Of a DNA stretch of 64,000 nt, positions 1-11,300 are shown piece after piece. The position numbers were made by a program, and so were the translations under genes. Each line of letters opens with the position of its first letter. Position 1 is the stretch's first letter. The notes below the pieces were generated by a model, which did no database searches, was not told where the DNA came from, and saw only the letters and a program-made list of their open reading frames with translations. The stretch is from Azolla caroliniana (taxonomy: Eukaryota > Plantae > Polypodiophyta), in the NCBI GenBank assembly GCA_043228905.1, contig JBHGNT010000002.1:19902001-19966000 (forward strand), given 5' to 3'.

Positions 1-77
1 GTCCAAACACTCCTCTTGTATAATCTGTATTGTTTTGTTTTATATTACTGATTGTTTTCGTTGTATACACCCATTAT

Positions 78-340
78 GGGGGAGTTTCGAATATGGGGTA
101 TAATGGACAGACTAGGTTTAGGACATTTCTATAATTAGACTAAAGGGCAGTTGCCCTAGCTCAGTTATTATATATATTGAGCTTTTAACCTAGTTTAGTA
201 TGGTGTTGTTGTTACCATTCTTTTGTACTATAATGTTTGAATAATAGAGTTACGCTATTTGTGCCCCTCTCTGTATCTCTCTCTCACACTCTGTCTTGGA
301 TTTTGATCTTTATTAAGTTGTCTCTGCTTGACTAAATTTG
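78..340 (+). mobile_element. Degenerate PPT plus 3' LTR of an older relative of the copia element at 3137-14313
   Basis: cccattatgggggag|tttcgaatatggggtataatggac parallels cccattacgggggag|tgtcgaatacaagtgtataatggac at 13996-14035. The agttgcccta and tttgtgcc-(ct)n motifs are also shared. Right end approximate. Confidence 0.65.
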
Positions 341-439
341 TACGTGTAGCTTAGTTGCACATCAAATTGTTGATCTCCATCACATATTGTTGTTCTTGTT
401 TCTGCGCTAGCAGTATCAGTCTACAACATTCACTTCTCT

Positions 440-608
440 TGTCTTCATCCGAAGCTCCTCTCTTGGATGGAAGCACTCGAATGCATAGACGAGCCATATC
501 CTCTGGAGAGACTACTACTCTAACAACAACCAGCTGATCTTGAAGATCCTTAATCCTTTTTACAAAGGATTCCACTTTCTCTCCACCAATGAGCTTAAAT
601 GCGCTCAC
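440..608 (-). pseudogene. Copia gag (UBN2/retrotran_gag_2-like) fragment
   Basis: KLIGGEKVESFVKRIKDLQDQL...VSPEDMARLCIRVLPS resembles the copia gag core, and it lies next to an LTR-like repeat. Confidence 0.55.
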
Positions 609-1124
609 AACTTTTGAGCTTAAATGAGATCTAGACTAGCTCACTAAAAAATTAGTGGGAACCGATAATGGACACAACCATTGTGTGAGAGAATGGATTA
701 TATTATGTGTTTGTTTTGAGTGTAACATTAAATGTGCGAGTCAGTTGATAGTAGTGGAGATATTCCTTTTTTGTCAATTGACTTGTCATTTAATATGACC
801 CAACTCCCTAGATACAAGCTAGTGCTAGATAGTACTTATCTTAAAGTCAATGACACATACTTCAAGACTAAGTACATTGTAATTTGCCCACAAAATATTC
901 TTCTAGTTGACTTGATTAGTCAATCCTATTAGCCTACTTCGCTCTTTCCTAAATACATTGAGTCCTACTCATCGACGATTTCCTACATTGACACCTTATC
1001 GACCCATTGGTCAAGTTGCACAATAATTAATCCTCATTTGGGGCACTATCACAAAATGTGCACTCTAAGAGTACATATGGGGATAAATTGACAACTTGGG
1101 GCTGATCATTGATTATATCTAACA
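600..1124 (-). mobile_element. LTR-like dispersed repeat (minus strand starts TGTTAGATATAAT); second copy at about 43795-44617
   Basis: About 500 bp of clear homology to 43795-44321 plus 44615-44617. Both copies end at tatctaaca. Confidence 0.7.
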
Positions 1125-1450
1125 AGTTCTTCCATATCCCTCCAAAGATGCTTAAAGGGTACCAAATCAAAAGCTTTCGTGAAGTCTACGAAGCAACAAT
1201 ATAAACATTTACCTCTAAGGTGAATTTTCTCCATTAATACTCGAAGGGTGACAAGGTGATCGATAGTACTATAATGTTTTCGAAAGCCAACTTGTCCATA
1301 AGCTCTCTTATCATTTGTTTCAACCAATTCACTTATCTTTGATTCCATTATACATCTAAATAGTTTTGCTATTAGGGAGCCAACCATGATTGTTCGATAG
1401 TTGTTTACATTATTTACATCTCCACCTTTATGTAAAGGTTTGATCCAATA
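1125..1450 (-). mobile_element. Non-LTR (RTE-like) reverse transcriptase fragment, N-terminal RT motifs
   Basis: NNYRTIMVGSLIAKLF...GQVGFRKHYSTIDHL...FVDFTKAFDLV. Confidence 0.8.
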
Positions 1451-1464
1451 TGTACATTAATGGA

Positions 1465-2025
1465 CCACTTGAAACTCTGGAAAGGTTTAAATACCTTGGT
1501 CTTAAAGTCCCCTTGAATCATAGATGGAATGAATGTGCTACACACTGCTTAGAAACGAGAAAAAGAGCATATTATATATTTGAGGACACATGAACGGTGG
1601 AGAAACTAAAATTTGAGTCCTTAAGAAATACCTTTTTGACACTCTTGATGACATTGATGTTTCTCTATAAGGTAATAACATCCCTAAGTCCACATGGGAA
1701 AAGTTTGAAAGTGGCAAAATACATTTTCTTACAAAGTTTCTCTAAGTTAAGAAACAAACATTATACACCCTCCTACTTCTTGAGACGGGACATTACTTCC
1801 CAATGAGAACATGGCAGTGGAAAGGGTTGTTAAATACATGCTTAAGGTTTAAAAATAAATGCCCCTCATGTTAACTTCCTACAGTCATATGGGAAGCAAG
1901 AAAAAAATTCCAAAGACACATAGAATCAAGACTTTTGGTTTTAGTTGGGTGTAACATATGGAAAAATGGTTTGGAAGATGGGATGGAACAAAACACTTGC
2001 TTCACAATGCGTCAATAGGTATCTC
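1465..2025 (+). mobile_element. Non-LTR RT C-terminal fragment, degenerate, opposite orientation to 1125-1450
   Basis: LERFKYLG motif at about 1477-1500, followed by frameshifted LINE-like C-terminal sequence. Confidence 0.6.
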
Positions 2026-3059
2026 TATGTAAAACACAATCCCAATATCAGTGAAACTTTTCGGTTAAAGTAGATAAATGATTGGGTTACATTTACACTA
2101 ATAACACAATAGTTTTTAGATGACATTGGATTGAGTTTTTCTGAAGGGGCTAACACAACTCATTCCTTTGAGTGTTACAATTTCAAGTATCACTACCAAG
2201 TTTGGAGGGCTCACCTTCCTCATGCTGAGGTACCCAAGGGATTGGGAGATATCCCTCCCCAAATGGCAAAGAAAATGTCATCTATCAACACATAAAAACA
2301 CTTACCTCTCCACTTCATGCAATTGTAGAAGACTCAAATACTTTTAAGTTAATCTAAAATTAATGTACACCTAATCACACACAAATGAATTATATGTTAG
2401 TGGTTAAGGAATGCAAAAACTTTGTTGATGATGTTTATTTTGTGATTTTTTAATGGTTTCCTTGTTTTATTCATTTGCAAATGATTAAATAGACTATTGC
2501 AATATGAGCAAAGTGAATAGAGTGTGATAGACGTGAGGTGGGTGGTGTGGCCTAAGATGGCAACATGTTGAGCGAGGTAATGAAAGTTGTATAAATTTGA
2601 TGGGGAAGGGTGGTATTGGATGTCATCCTCAAACATGGGGTAAGTCATGTCAAGTATTTTGTAATCATTGAGGGTGAATCAAGGACTAATTGCACCCTTG
2701 GAGAGGCATATGCAACGATGATGGCTAGTGTGGTGGGGTGTTTTGGTCATGAGCATCATGTGGTGTACTGTTGATGTGGTTAGTATTATCCATAGTCATT
2801 TTTATTTTTTTCCCCAGAAAACCACTACTTCGCATTAGTTAGCAAATAGAATACAACAAAGTTTATCCAAATCCACAATGGGATCAACATATACAACTTG
2901 GAGAAACAACTCCAAAACTATCAACCAAAAACAACAAAAAACTCAACCGATCCTTAACTCAAGCAAAATTGAATTAAACCCTATTTTACCCCGACTCTAC
3001 AACTCCCAACTAACTCTTTTCTAACAACATTATCCGGGTAACATGACTATACTGACGCA

Positions 3060-3136
3060 CGTTTGTGTCAGCTATACATACATCATTACAACCCATGTAC
3101 AATATTGAGAGCCATCGGTGGAAACAGCCACCTAAG
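3060..3136 (-). mobile_element. 3' end of the L1-like LINE split by the copia insertion
   Basis: Joining across the TSD restores ...RPKWNYQALRWLFPPMALNIVHGL*. The same WLFPP terminal motif ends the L1 at about 33600. Confidence 0.7.
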
Positions 3137-3439
3137 TGTCGAATACAAGTGTATAATGGACGTATTCACACTATCCCTTTGTATAGCTCAAGTTTGGGCC
3201 ATTTGTGTAATTAGCATAAATGGTAGTTGCCCTAAGTTTGTCACTATATAAAGTGACCTAGTAACCTTTTTGTAAGGTTGGTTGTATTATTGTTTTCTAT
3301 TGAATAGAAAGAGTCTTTTGTGCCTCCTCTCTCTCTCTCTCTATCTCTGTGCACGATCTCAGAAACTGTCATACGCAGGTATTCAACTCCAATCGAATGC
3401 TACTTGATCTTCCGCATCGACACGGCCTTGTATCCAACA
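3137..3439 (+). repeat. Copia 5' LTR (303 bp)
   Basis: Direct repeat of 14011-14313 with no differences seen; TATA-like tatataaa at about 3245. Confidence 0.97.
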
Positions 3440-3441
3440 TT

Positions 3442-3453
3442 TGGTATCAGAGC
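3442..3453 (+). promoter_or_regulatory. Primer binding site for initiator tRNA-Met
   Basis: TGGTATCAGAGC lies 2 nt after the 5' LTR. Confidence 0.95.
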
Positions 3454-3598
3454 ATGCACAGTATTCGGTCCCTCAACCTGCTGTCGGCCGTCGTCTCAGC
3501 CTGCACAGCATTCGGTTCTTCGCTTCATCACAGCCTGCACAGTATTCGGTCTTTCGCTTCATCCTAGTCTGCAAAGCATTCGGCTTCTTGCGTCATTC
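3453..3598 (+). repeat. Degenerate short tandem repeats (about 35-45 bp spacing, x4) in the copia leader
   Basis: tgcacag(t/c)attcggt...cgcttcatc recurs about four times. Confidence 0.7.
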
Positions 3599-4113
3599 GA
3601 AGAAACAGAGAAGAAAGTAGGCAAACACAAGCTTGAATCTCGCTGCGTTAGATCATCACTCGGAGTAAGCCAGTCGGCTGTACTCTACTTCCTTGATCGT
3701 AACTGCTTGAGGTGGGCTTCCTGCACAACGACGACTTCAAGACAACAACCCCAATTCGTGCTTCATCCGGCTGATCGACACTCGGGAGGATCAGTTGGAT
3801 CCGTCTCTCTCGTCGATGCAGTCACCCGAAGCAGAATCGGTCCAGACAATCGGTTTCAATAATCGGTATTTGGCATATATATTCAGAAGCGAACCGGGCT
3901 CACTCCGACTCGGCAACATTCGGGAAGACCAGTCGGTTCTGTCCCTCAAGTTACCGGAGTCAATTCGAGCAAGTTCAACAATACATATATCCGAAGCCGA
4001 ACCGACTCGGGTTCAAATCCGACTAGAACGATATCGGGTGAGCCAACCGGCTGCACTCCAACAAGGTTCGTAGTCAACTCCGAACCGAGCTTCGTCAACC
4101 GAAACCAAATTTG

Positions 4114-5049
4114 ATGGCATCAACATCCGGCTCGTCAGAAATGAGTCTACGAAAGTTCGATGGATCGAACTTCAACTTCTGGAAGGAGCAAATGCAGGAC
4201 TATCTCATAGTCAAGGGGCAAATCGATCCCATCGAAAATGAAGAACCTCCAGAAGGATACAAACCAATTGAGTGGCAGAAGCTGGACAGGATCGTCCGCG
4301 CCACGATTCGGATGCACCTATCGGAATCGGTATACTTTACGGTGCAATCGTGTACGACAGCATTCGAACTGTGGAAAACACTGTCGGACACCTACGAAAA
4401 GAAGGTCGCTGCAACGAAGATGTTTCTGATCCGGCGCCTCTACAACTTGCGGATGAAAGAATCAGATTCGGTTCAAGCACATCTCAATGAGTACGAAAGC
4501 ATAAGCTCCCAAATCTCATCTCAGGGGACGGCAATCGAGGATGAACTCAGAGCAATGATACTCATGAGCAGTCTTCCCTCATCATGGGAAACTTTCGTCA
4601 CAACCGTGTGCAACGCGTCAACCACGACTGTTAAATACTCCGAAGTCACGAGCGCAATCCTGACCGAAGCAGCTCGGAGAAAGTCTTTCGCCAAAGATTC
4701 AACAGACGACGCTTATGTAGTACAAGGTTCGACAGACCGATCGAACATACGAGGAAGAGATTCCTCACGACAGCCGAACAATCAGCGAAGACGGAGCCAG
4801 TCACGGGATAATCGAATCTGCAACTATTGCAAGAAACCCGGACACATCAAAGCCGACTGCCGCGCACTCAAGAACAAGAACGACAAGTCTCAGAAATCAG
4901 ACAAGAAGAGTGGCCGGCATGAGGAGATCAATTACGTCAGCTTCTCAGCTGATGTGCTACCAAACGACCCGAATATACTAGATCAATCGAAAATCCAGTC
5001 GGATCAGAAGTTCTGCTCACGACTGAAGAATCGAGCACATGGCTCTTAG
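4114..5049 (+). CDS. gag: Copia Gag (zinc knuckle); frameshifted relative to pol near 4953-4990
   Basis: KFDGSNFNFWK, UBN2-like core, CNYCKKPGHIKADC knuckle. The protease motif WLLDSGASFH lies in the pol frame at about 5040-5070. Confidence 0.9.
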   Translation: MASTSGSSEMSLRKFDGSNFNFWKEQMQDYLIVKGQIDPIENEEPPEGYKPIEWQKLDRIVRATIRMHLSESVYFTVQSCTTAFELWKTLSDTYEKKVAATKMFLIRRLYNLRMKESDSVQAHLNEYESISSQISSQGTAIEDELRAMILMSSLPSSWETFVTTVCNASTTTVKYSEVTSAILTEAARRKSFAKDSTDDAYVVQGSTDRSNIRGRDSSRQPNNQRRRSQSRDNRICNYCKKPGHIKADCRALKNKNDKSQKSDKKSGRHEEINYVSFSADVLPNDPNILDQSKIQSDQKFCSRLKNRAHGS

Positions 5050-7901
5050 ATTCGGGCGCGTCATTTCACGTGACTCCTCATCGATCCCAATTTCGGCAAT
5101 ATACGATCCGTCACTCCGACTCAGTTCGAGTCGGCAACTCGCAACACTGTGACATCATTGGAATCGGCACAGTAGAGCTCAACCTTGCAGGTGGCTCTAC
5201 ACTTGTACTTCACAATGTCCGACATGTACCCGAGCTCTCAAGGCCATTGATCTCAGTCGGACAACTAGATGAAGACGGCATTCGTGCCGGTTTTTCTTCG
5301 GGAGGGTGGACACTCCACAGGGGGAACCTCCTGCTTGCTAGAGGACCCAAGATACACTCACTGTATCCGTTACATGTTACGCTCAGAGAGGGTAACCTGT
5401 TTTTGGTGGATATTCCTGTGTCATCGCTATGGCACAGAAGATTAGGACACCTCAGCAAGGCCGGCATTACGCACCTATCTAGAGCCGGATACATCCCTAA
5501 ACTCTCCTTCTCGGACCATCAATTCTGCGAACATTGCCAGTATGGCAAACAAGCAGCCGCATCACACCCGACATCAGCACCAAGAGAAACGAGACCTCTC
5601 GATTTAGTCCATTCGGACGTCTGTGGCCCAATGCCGCATCAGTCTCTCGGTGGTGCCTCTTACTTCGTCAGTTTTATTGACGATTCGACTCGAAAGGTGT
5701 GGGCTTATCCAATTCGCACCAAAGATCGTGTCTTCTCGATCTTCTCCGATTGGCTCGCTATGGTAGAAAATCAAACTGACCGAAAACGGAAATGCTTTCG
5801 GACCGACAATGGGGGAGAGTTCAAATCAGAAGAATTCGTCAAATTCTGCCGACAACGCGGCATCCGACGTGAATTTACGGCACCACACAGTCCGGAGCAA
5901 AACGGGATTGCAGAACGCATGAATCGGACAATCCAAGAACGGATAGTTTCCATGCTCCAACACTCCGGACTGTCGGATGGCTTCTGGGCAGAGGCTCTAC
6001 TCACGGCAGTACACATAATCAATATGTCGCCGAGCAGACCTCTAGGACTTCAAATTCCTCAGGAACTATGGATCGGCAGTAAGCCGAATTACGACAAGCT
6101 GAGGATCTTCGGATGCGAGGCGTACACCCTTATTCCGAAAGATGATCGCCGAAAACTTGCACCTCGGTCCAGGAAATGCATTTTCCTTGGATATGGATCA
6201 GACGGCGAAATGGGATACCGACTCTGGGACCCCGAACGCAGACAAATCGTTCGAAGTTCGGACGTTGTGTTCAACGAGTCGGCTATGAATCCATCAGTCG
6301 AAACACCGATCGAAGTCCGAAGGGTAACATTTTCCGATGTGCCGACCCTTCAAGAAGGCCCCGCTCTTAACACACGGTCAGCTTCACGGGTAGCTGAACC
6401 TTACACTACCGACTCGGACAACTCTGACTCGGCACAACAGAATAATTCGCTTTCGGACCATCCGACCTCGATACCCGATACGACCAGTCCAATCATACCT
6501 CGACGATCCGAGAGACTGTCGCAACCTCCGGAGAGGTATTCTCCTGGAATTTTCTTCACCGACGCCGGCGAACCGACGTCTTACGAAGAAGCATCGACAT
6601 CTGTCGATTCAGCCACCTGGCATCTGGCGATGGAGTCGGAAATGCACTCCATTCGGGCAAACAAGACTTGGGATCTGGTCGAATTACCTAAGAATCGACG
6701 TGCTCTTCCTTGCAAGTGGGTTTATCGACTAAAAGAGACGTCTGATTCGACCACCCCAAAGTACAAGGCCAGATTAGTTGCGAAGGGCTTCCGACAAGAA
6801 TATGGCGTCGACTTCAACGAGATTTTTTCACCAGTGGTGAAAATGACAACCCTTCGTTTTCTACTCGGCGTAGTGGCAGCCGACAACCTGGAGCTGATTC
6901 AGCTAGATGTCAAAACAGCCTTCCTCCATGGTGATCTTGAAGAGGAAATTTATATGGAGCAACCAAAAGGCTTCGTGGCAACTGGCCAAGAACATCTAGT
7001 CTGCCGACTCAGGAAGAGTCTATACGGCCTCAAACAGGCACCGCGACAATGGTACAAGAAGTTCGACGATTTCATCCAATCGATCGGCTTCTCAAAAAGC
7101 GATGAGGACCATTGTCTTTTTACCAACACAGCTCACGATGGATCACCCATCTTCCTCATCATCTACGTGGACGACATGCTAATTTCTGGACGCCACGCGG
7201 GCGAACTTGCCGATCTCGTTCGGCAATTGCGGTTGAAGTTTGCCATGAAGGACCTCGGTCCGGCACGACACATACTTGGCATGAAGATTAGTCGGCATCG
7301 CGATAAACGACATCTTTTCTTGTCTCAGACCGACTATATCGGACGTGTCTTGGAACGCTTCAACATGCAATCAGCCAAATCTGCGTCAACCCCGCTCCCC
7401 ATGAATCTTCGGCTCTCTCAGCGAGACTGCCCGACATCCGGTCCGGAGGGGGAAGATATGAAGTCGGTACCGTATGCACCGGCAGTCGGCTCCCTTATGT
7501 ACCTGATGGTCGCGACACGGCCTGATATTTCTCATGCCGTAGGAGTCGTTAGCAGATTTATGCACAATCCTGGCCGATCGCATTGGAACGCAATCAAGCA
7601 TGTGTTCAAATATCTGGCTGGCACAAAAGACCACGACATTCTTTTCGGTCCGAACTCAACCTCAGGCGTAGTCGGTTACACCGACTCGGACTTCGCCGGC
7701 TGTATAGACAGTCGGAAATCAACAACTGGATACTGCTTCAAATTCGGCAATGGAGCAATCTCGTGGAAGTCGAAACTTCAGGAGTGCACAACGACCTCAA
7801 CGACCGAAGCAGAATATGTAGCTGCGTCCGACGCTGCAAAAGAAGCTTTGTGGCTCGGCCGGCTGGCGCACACGTTTCGACAAGTCGACCATGACTCGGC
7901 C
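4983..7901 (+). CDS. pol: Copia Pol (protease, integrase, RT, N-terminal part of RNase H)
   Basis: WLLDSGAS; WHRRLGH...CEHC; VHSDVCGP/RTDNGGEF/NGIAERMNRT; QLDVKTAFLHG/YVDDML; YTDSDFAG/TEAEY. Start approximate. Confidence 0.95.
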
Positions 7902-8330
7902 TGTCAGGAATAGTACTAAAACAGAGATGGAATTAGTACTAAGAAGAGTAGTACTATTAGTACTAAGAGGACGGGACTGCGTAAGATTCCCGAGAGAGAG
8001 GAAGTGAGAAGAGGAGAGAGAGAGGGAAATAGGATGATGACAGCAGCTCTTATATTATATGAAAGATAAGTACAAATCGACTAAGAGGCTTAAGACTGGT
8101 GTTGAACCAATTTGGTTCAACATAATGCTTAGTGCCTTCTTTTATAGTGTTCTCAGGAATAATCCTGAAGCTTCTAGAATGTTCCAGAGAAATCTGGAAT
8201 ATACATTACTTTCTTATAATAAAACATAAATGAAAATAATATTCTATGAATTACAATAGATGGTGAGATGGTTAAGAGCTCGACCCATATACCATAAGGT
8301 CATGGGTTCGAGTCTTGCCATCTCATGACA
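7902..8330 (-). repeat. Gypsy 3' LTR (429 bp)
   Basis: Identical by eye to 13138-13566 and adjacent to the PPT. Confidence 0.97.
8258..8325 (+). other. tRNA-like / Pol III A-box plus B-box cassette inside the gypsy LTR U3, antisense to the element (second copy 13494-13561)
   Basis: TGGTGAGATGGTTAAGAGC at 8261 and GGTTCGAGTC at 8305 are 44 nt apart, as in tRNA genes. No proper acceptor stem. Confidence 0.55.
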
Positions 8331-8343
8331 CTATCTCCCCCTT
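8331..8343 (-). promoter_or_regulatory. Gypsy polypurine tract
   Basis: Minus strand reads AAGGGGGAGATAG directly before the 3' LTR. Confidence 0.9.
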
Positions 8344-11300
8344 AAAGACGACGAGTGGAACGAGTCAGCGCTACTTGCGGACCGGGTTTGTCCGGATACT
8401 TTCGGTGGAAATCAGCAAGAAGATCTTGGGCATTGGCAACATTCTCGACGGGTTCCCAAGTACGTTCGCTCGGACTATAACCGAGCCAATCGACCAAGTA
8501 ATAGAGTTTGTTGCGAACAAGTTTGGAATCGAGGATGGCAGCAACTTCATACTCCGGGCCGGCGTCCAACTCCAGTGGGGGCGGCGGTGGTGTCACACGA
8601 TCGGGAATGGTGTTTGCTTTATAAGGTTCAAGAAGAGAACAATGGAAAACCGGATGTATCTGAAGCTGCGGAGGGAGATCAAGGCGGAAGGTGACATCAT
8701 TAATCTTCCCCGTAATACGGAAAGGACCGAGTCGTCGATAATCCAACTTGTCGCACGGTCGAGTAGTCTTGATGTGACGACGTAAGAGCCATACTCGATC
8801 TCCGATGGCAAAAGAGGAGGGAATCCGATGACGATCCGCATAAGTCTTCTGTGTGTGTTGAGCATGACGAAGGTGAGTAGAGAGATCCATCTGGATCTTG
8901 CGTAGCCTCTCCAAATGATCCTCGGCACGAGGGTTGGTAGGTAGCTCCGGAGTGTCGATCACCGACCAGCGAGGATGGAAACCGGTATAAGCGAAAAATG
9001 GGGAGACCCGAGTCGAGGAGTGAATAGCATTATTATACGCAAACTCCGCAAAGTGGAGAATCTCGGCCCAATCGTCCTGTTGATAACTCAGGAAACACCG
9101 GAGATATTGCTCCAGCGTTTGGTTTGTTCGTTCCGCCTGTCCGTCGGTTTGAGGATGGTAGCCGGAGGAGAGGTTGCAGGAGACCTTGAGCATCTTGAAG
9201 AGATGCTGCCAAAATTTGGAGACAAATTGCGGGCCTCGGTCACTGATAATACTGTCTGGGAGGCCATGATGCCGAAAAACCTCACGCATAACAAGAGCGG
9301 CGGTTTCCTCGCTAGTGATGGCTTTAGTACATGGCACAAAATGTGCCATCTTCGTATATCGATCGACGACGGTTAGGATAGCATCGAACCCTTTCGAGAC
9401 CGGCAGATCTGTGATAAAATCAAGACAAATAGACTGCCATGGCTTACTTGGAATTGGTAAAGGTTCCAACAAGCCATATGGATGGTGTCGTGGCATCTTT
9501 GCTCGGCAGCAAGCATCACAGGTCCGAACGTAGTCGTCGACAAAACGGCGCATGTGGGGCCACCAAAAAGATCGCTGCACTAGCTCCAACGTCTTAGTAC
9601 TACCGAAATGTCCCGCCGTATGGGTGTCGTGACAATGTTGGACAATTTGAAGGCGACAAGAGCAATCGGGGACATATACGCGCTTTTTAAAGAATAACAA
9701 ACCATCATGATATTCGAATTGTCGGTAGTCAATACCTGGTTGTTGAGACTGAGAACAGGATGCCCGAGAAGTATCAATGTGCGCCAGGATGTCTTGAGCA
9801 AAACTATCCGTCTTCAAGGTTGCACGTATGTCATCGGTAATCCGTGAATCCATCGGGGTGTGAAAAATCCGCGTCGTGTGCAATCGTGTTGGTCCCAAGA
9901 TTACTTGCTTTTGATTATCAAATGTTGCTTCACCAGGACGAGGTGCAAGATATGAACGTCGTGATAGTGCATCTGCTTTTCCTTGCTGCTTCCCCGGTCG
10001 ATATGTGATTTTGAAGTCGAAACGCGTGAGGAATTGCGCCCACCGAGCTTGCCGTCGATTTAGTACGCGAGCGTTCTGAAAATAAGCAAGATTTTTATGA
10101 TCGCTGAAGACAATGACCTGATGTGGAGAGCCCTCTAAGAAATGCCGCCATTGTACAAATGAATCCACGATGGCTAATAACTCCTTGTCATGTATTTCGT
10201 AGTTGATTTCTGTGACATCGAATTTGCGCGAATGGAAAGCCACCGGATGCAACTCTTCTTTATCACCTTGTTGAGAAAGGATGCTACCGAGGGCGAAATC
10301 TGATGCGTCGGCCTCCATGATGAATGGTTTGCTTGTATCCACATGAGCTAGAATCGGTGCTGATGTAAAGGCTTTCTTAAGATGCCGAAAAGCCATATCT
10401 GCTTCAATGGACCAAAGAAATGCTTGGCCCTTCTTCGTAAGTTGTGTGAGAGGTAAAATAATCTTCGAGTAATCCTGTATAAACTTACGGTAGAAGTTAG
10501 CAAAACCTAGAAAACATTGTACATCTCGTACCGACCGTGGAATTTGCCACTCTAGTACAGTTTGGATCTTAGCTGGATCCATGGCGATGCCCTTTGAGGA
10601 GATGACGTAGCCTAGAAATTCCACTTGCTTGCAGTCAAAGCTACATTTTTCTAGCTTGGCATAAAGACCATTCTCGCGGAGTCGCTTTAGTACTAATAGT
10701 ACATGAGAGTCGTGCTCTTCCTGGGTCTTCGAATAAATCAACAGATCATCCAGATAAATGATCAAACAGATATCCAAGAGGTCTCTGAATATATCATTTG
10801 CCATGTGTTGGAAGACTGCGGGTGCATTGGTTAGGCCAAACGGCATAACAGTATACTCAAAATGCCCATACCGCGTGCGAAAAGCGGTCTTCCACTCATC
10901 TCCCGGTCGGATCCGCACGAGATTATACGCTCCGCGTAGGTCGATTTTAGTAAAAAACTTGGCACCATTAACTCGCTCTAAAAGACTTGATATAAGAGGA
11001 AGTGCATACCTATTCCGGATGGTGACTTTATTTAATCCGCGGTAATCAACGACAAGACGAAGTGAGCCATCTTTCTTCTTGACAAAGAAGATGGGTGCAC
11101 CGGCCGGAGATTTCGAATGACGGATGAACCCGCTTGCCAAGTTCTCCTCTATGTAGGCTCGAAGGACTTCTAACTCGGTGGGTGACAGGTTGTAAATTGG
11201 TCCCCATGGTGGCTCGGTTCCTGGTTGTAAATCGATGGGACAGTCATAGGGACGGTGATGAGGAAGGGTACCGGCTTTTACCTTGTCAAATACATCGGCA

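Noticed and set aside
3320-4073. ORFs of 180 and 92 aa in the copia LTR/leader as extra genes
   Set aside because: They start at non-ATG codons within the LTR or leader repeats and have no recognisable domain.
8254-8326. A functional tRNA gene in the gypsy LTR
   Set aside because: Positions equivalent to the acceptor stem do not pair and there is no clean anticodon arm. Kept only as a tRNA-like cassette.
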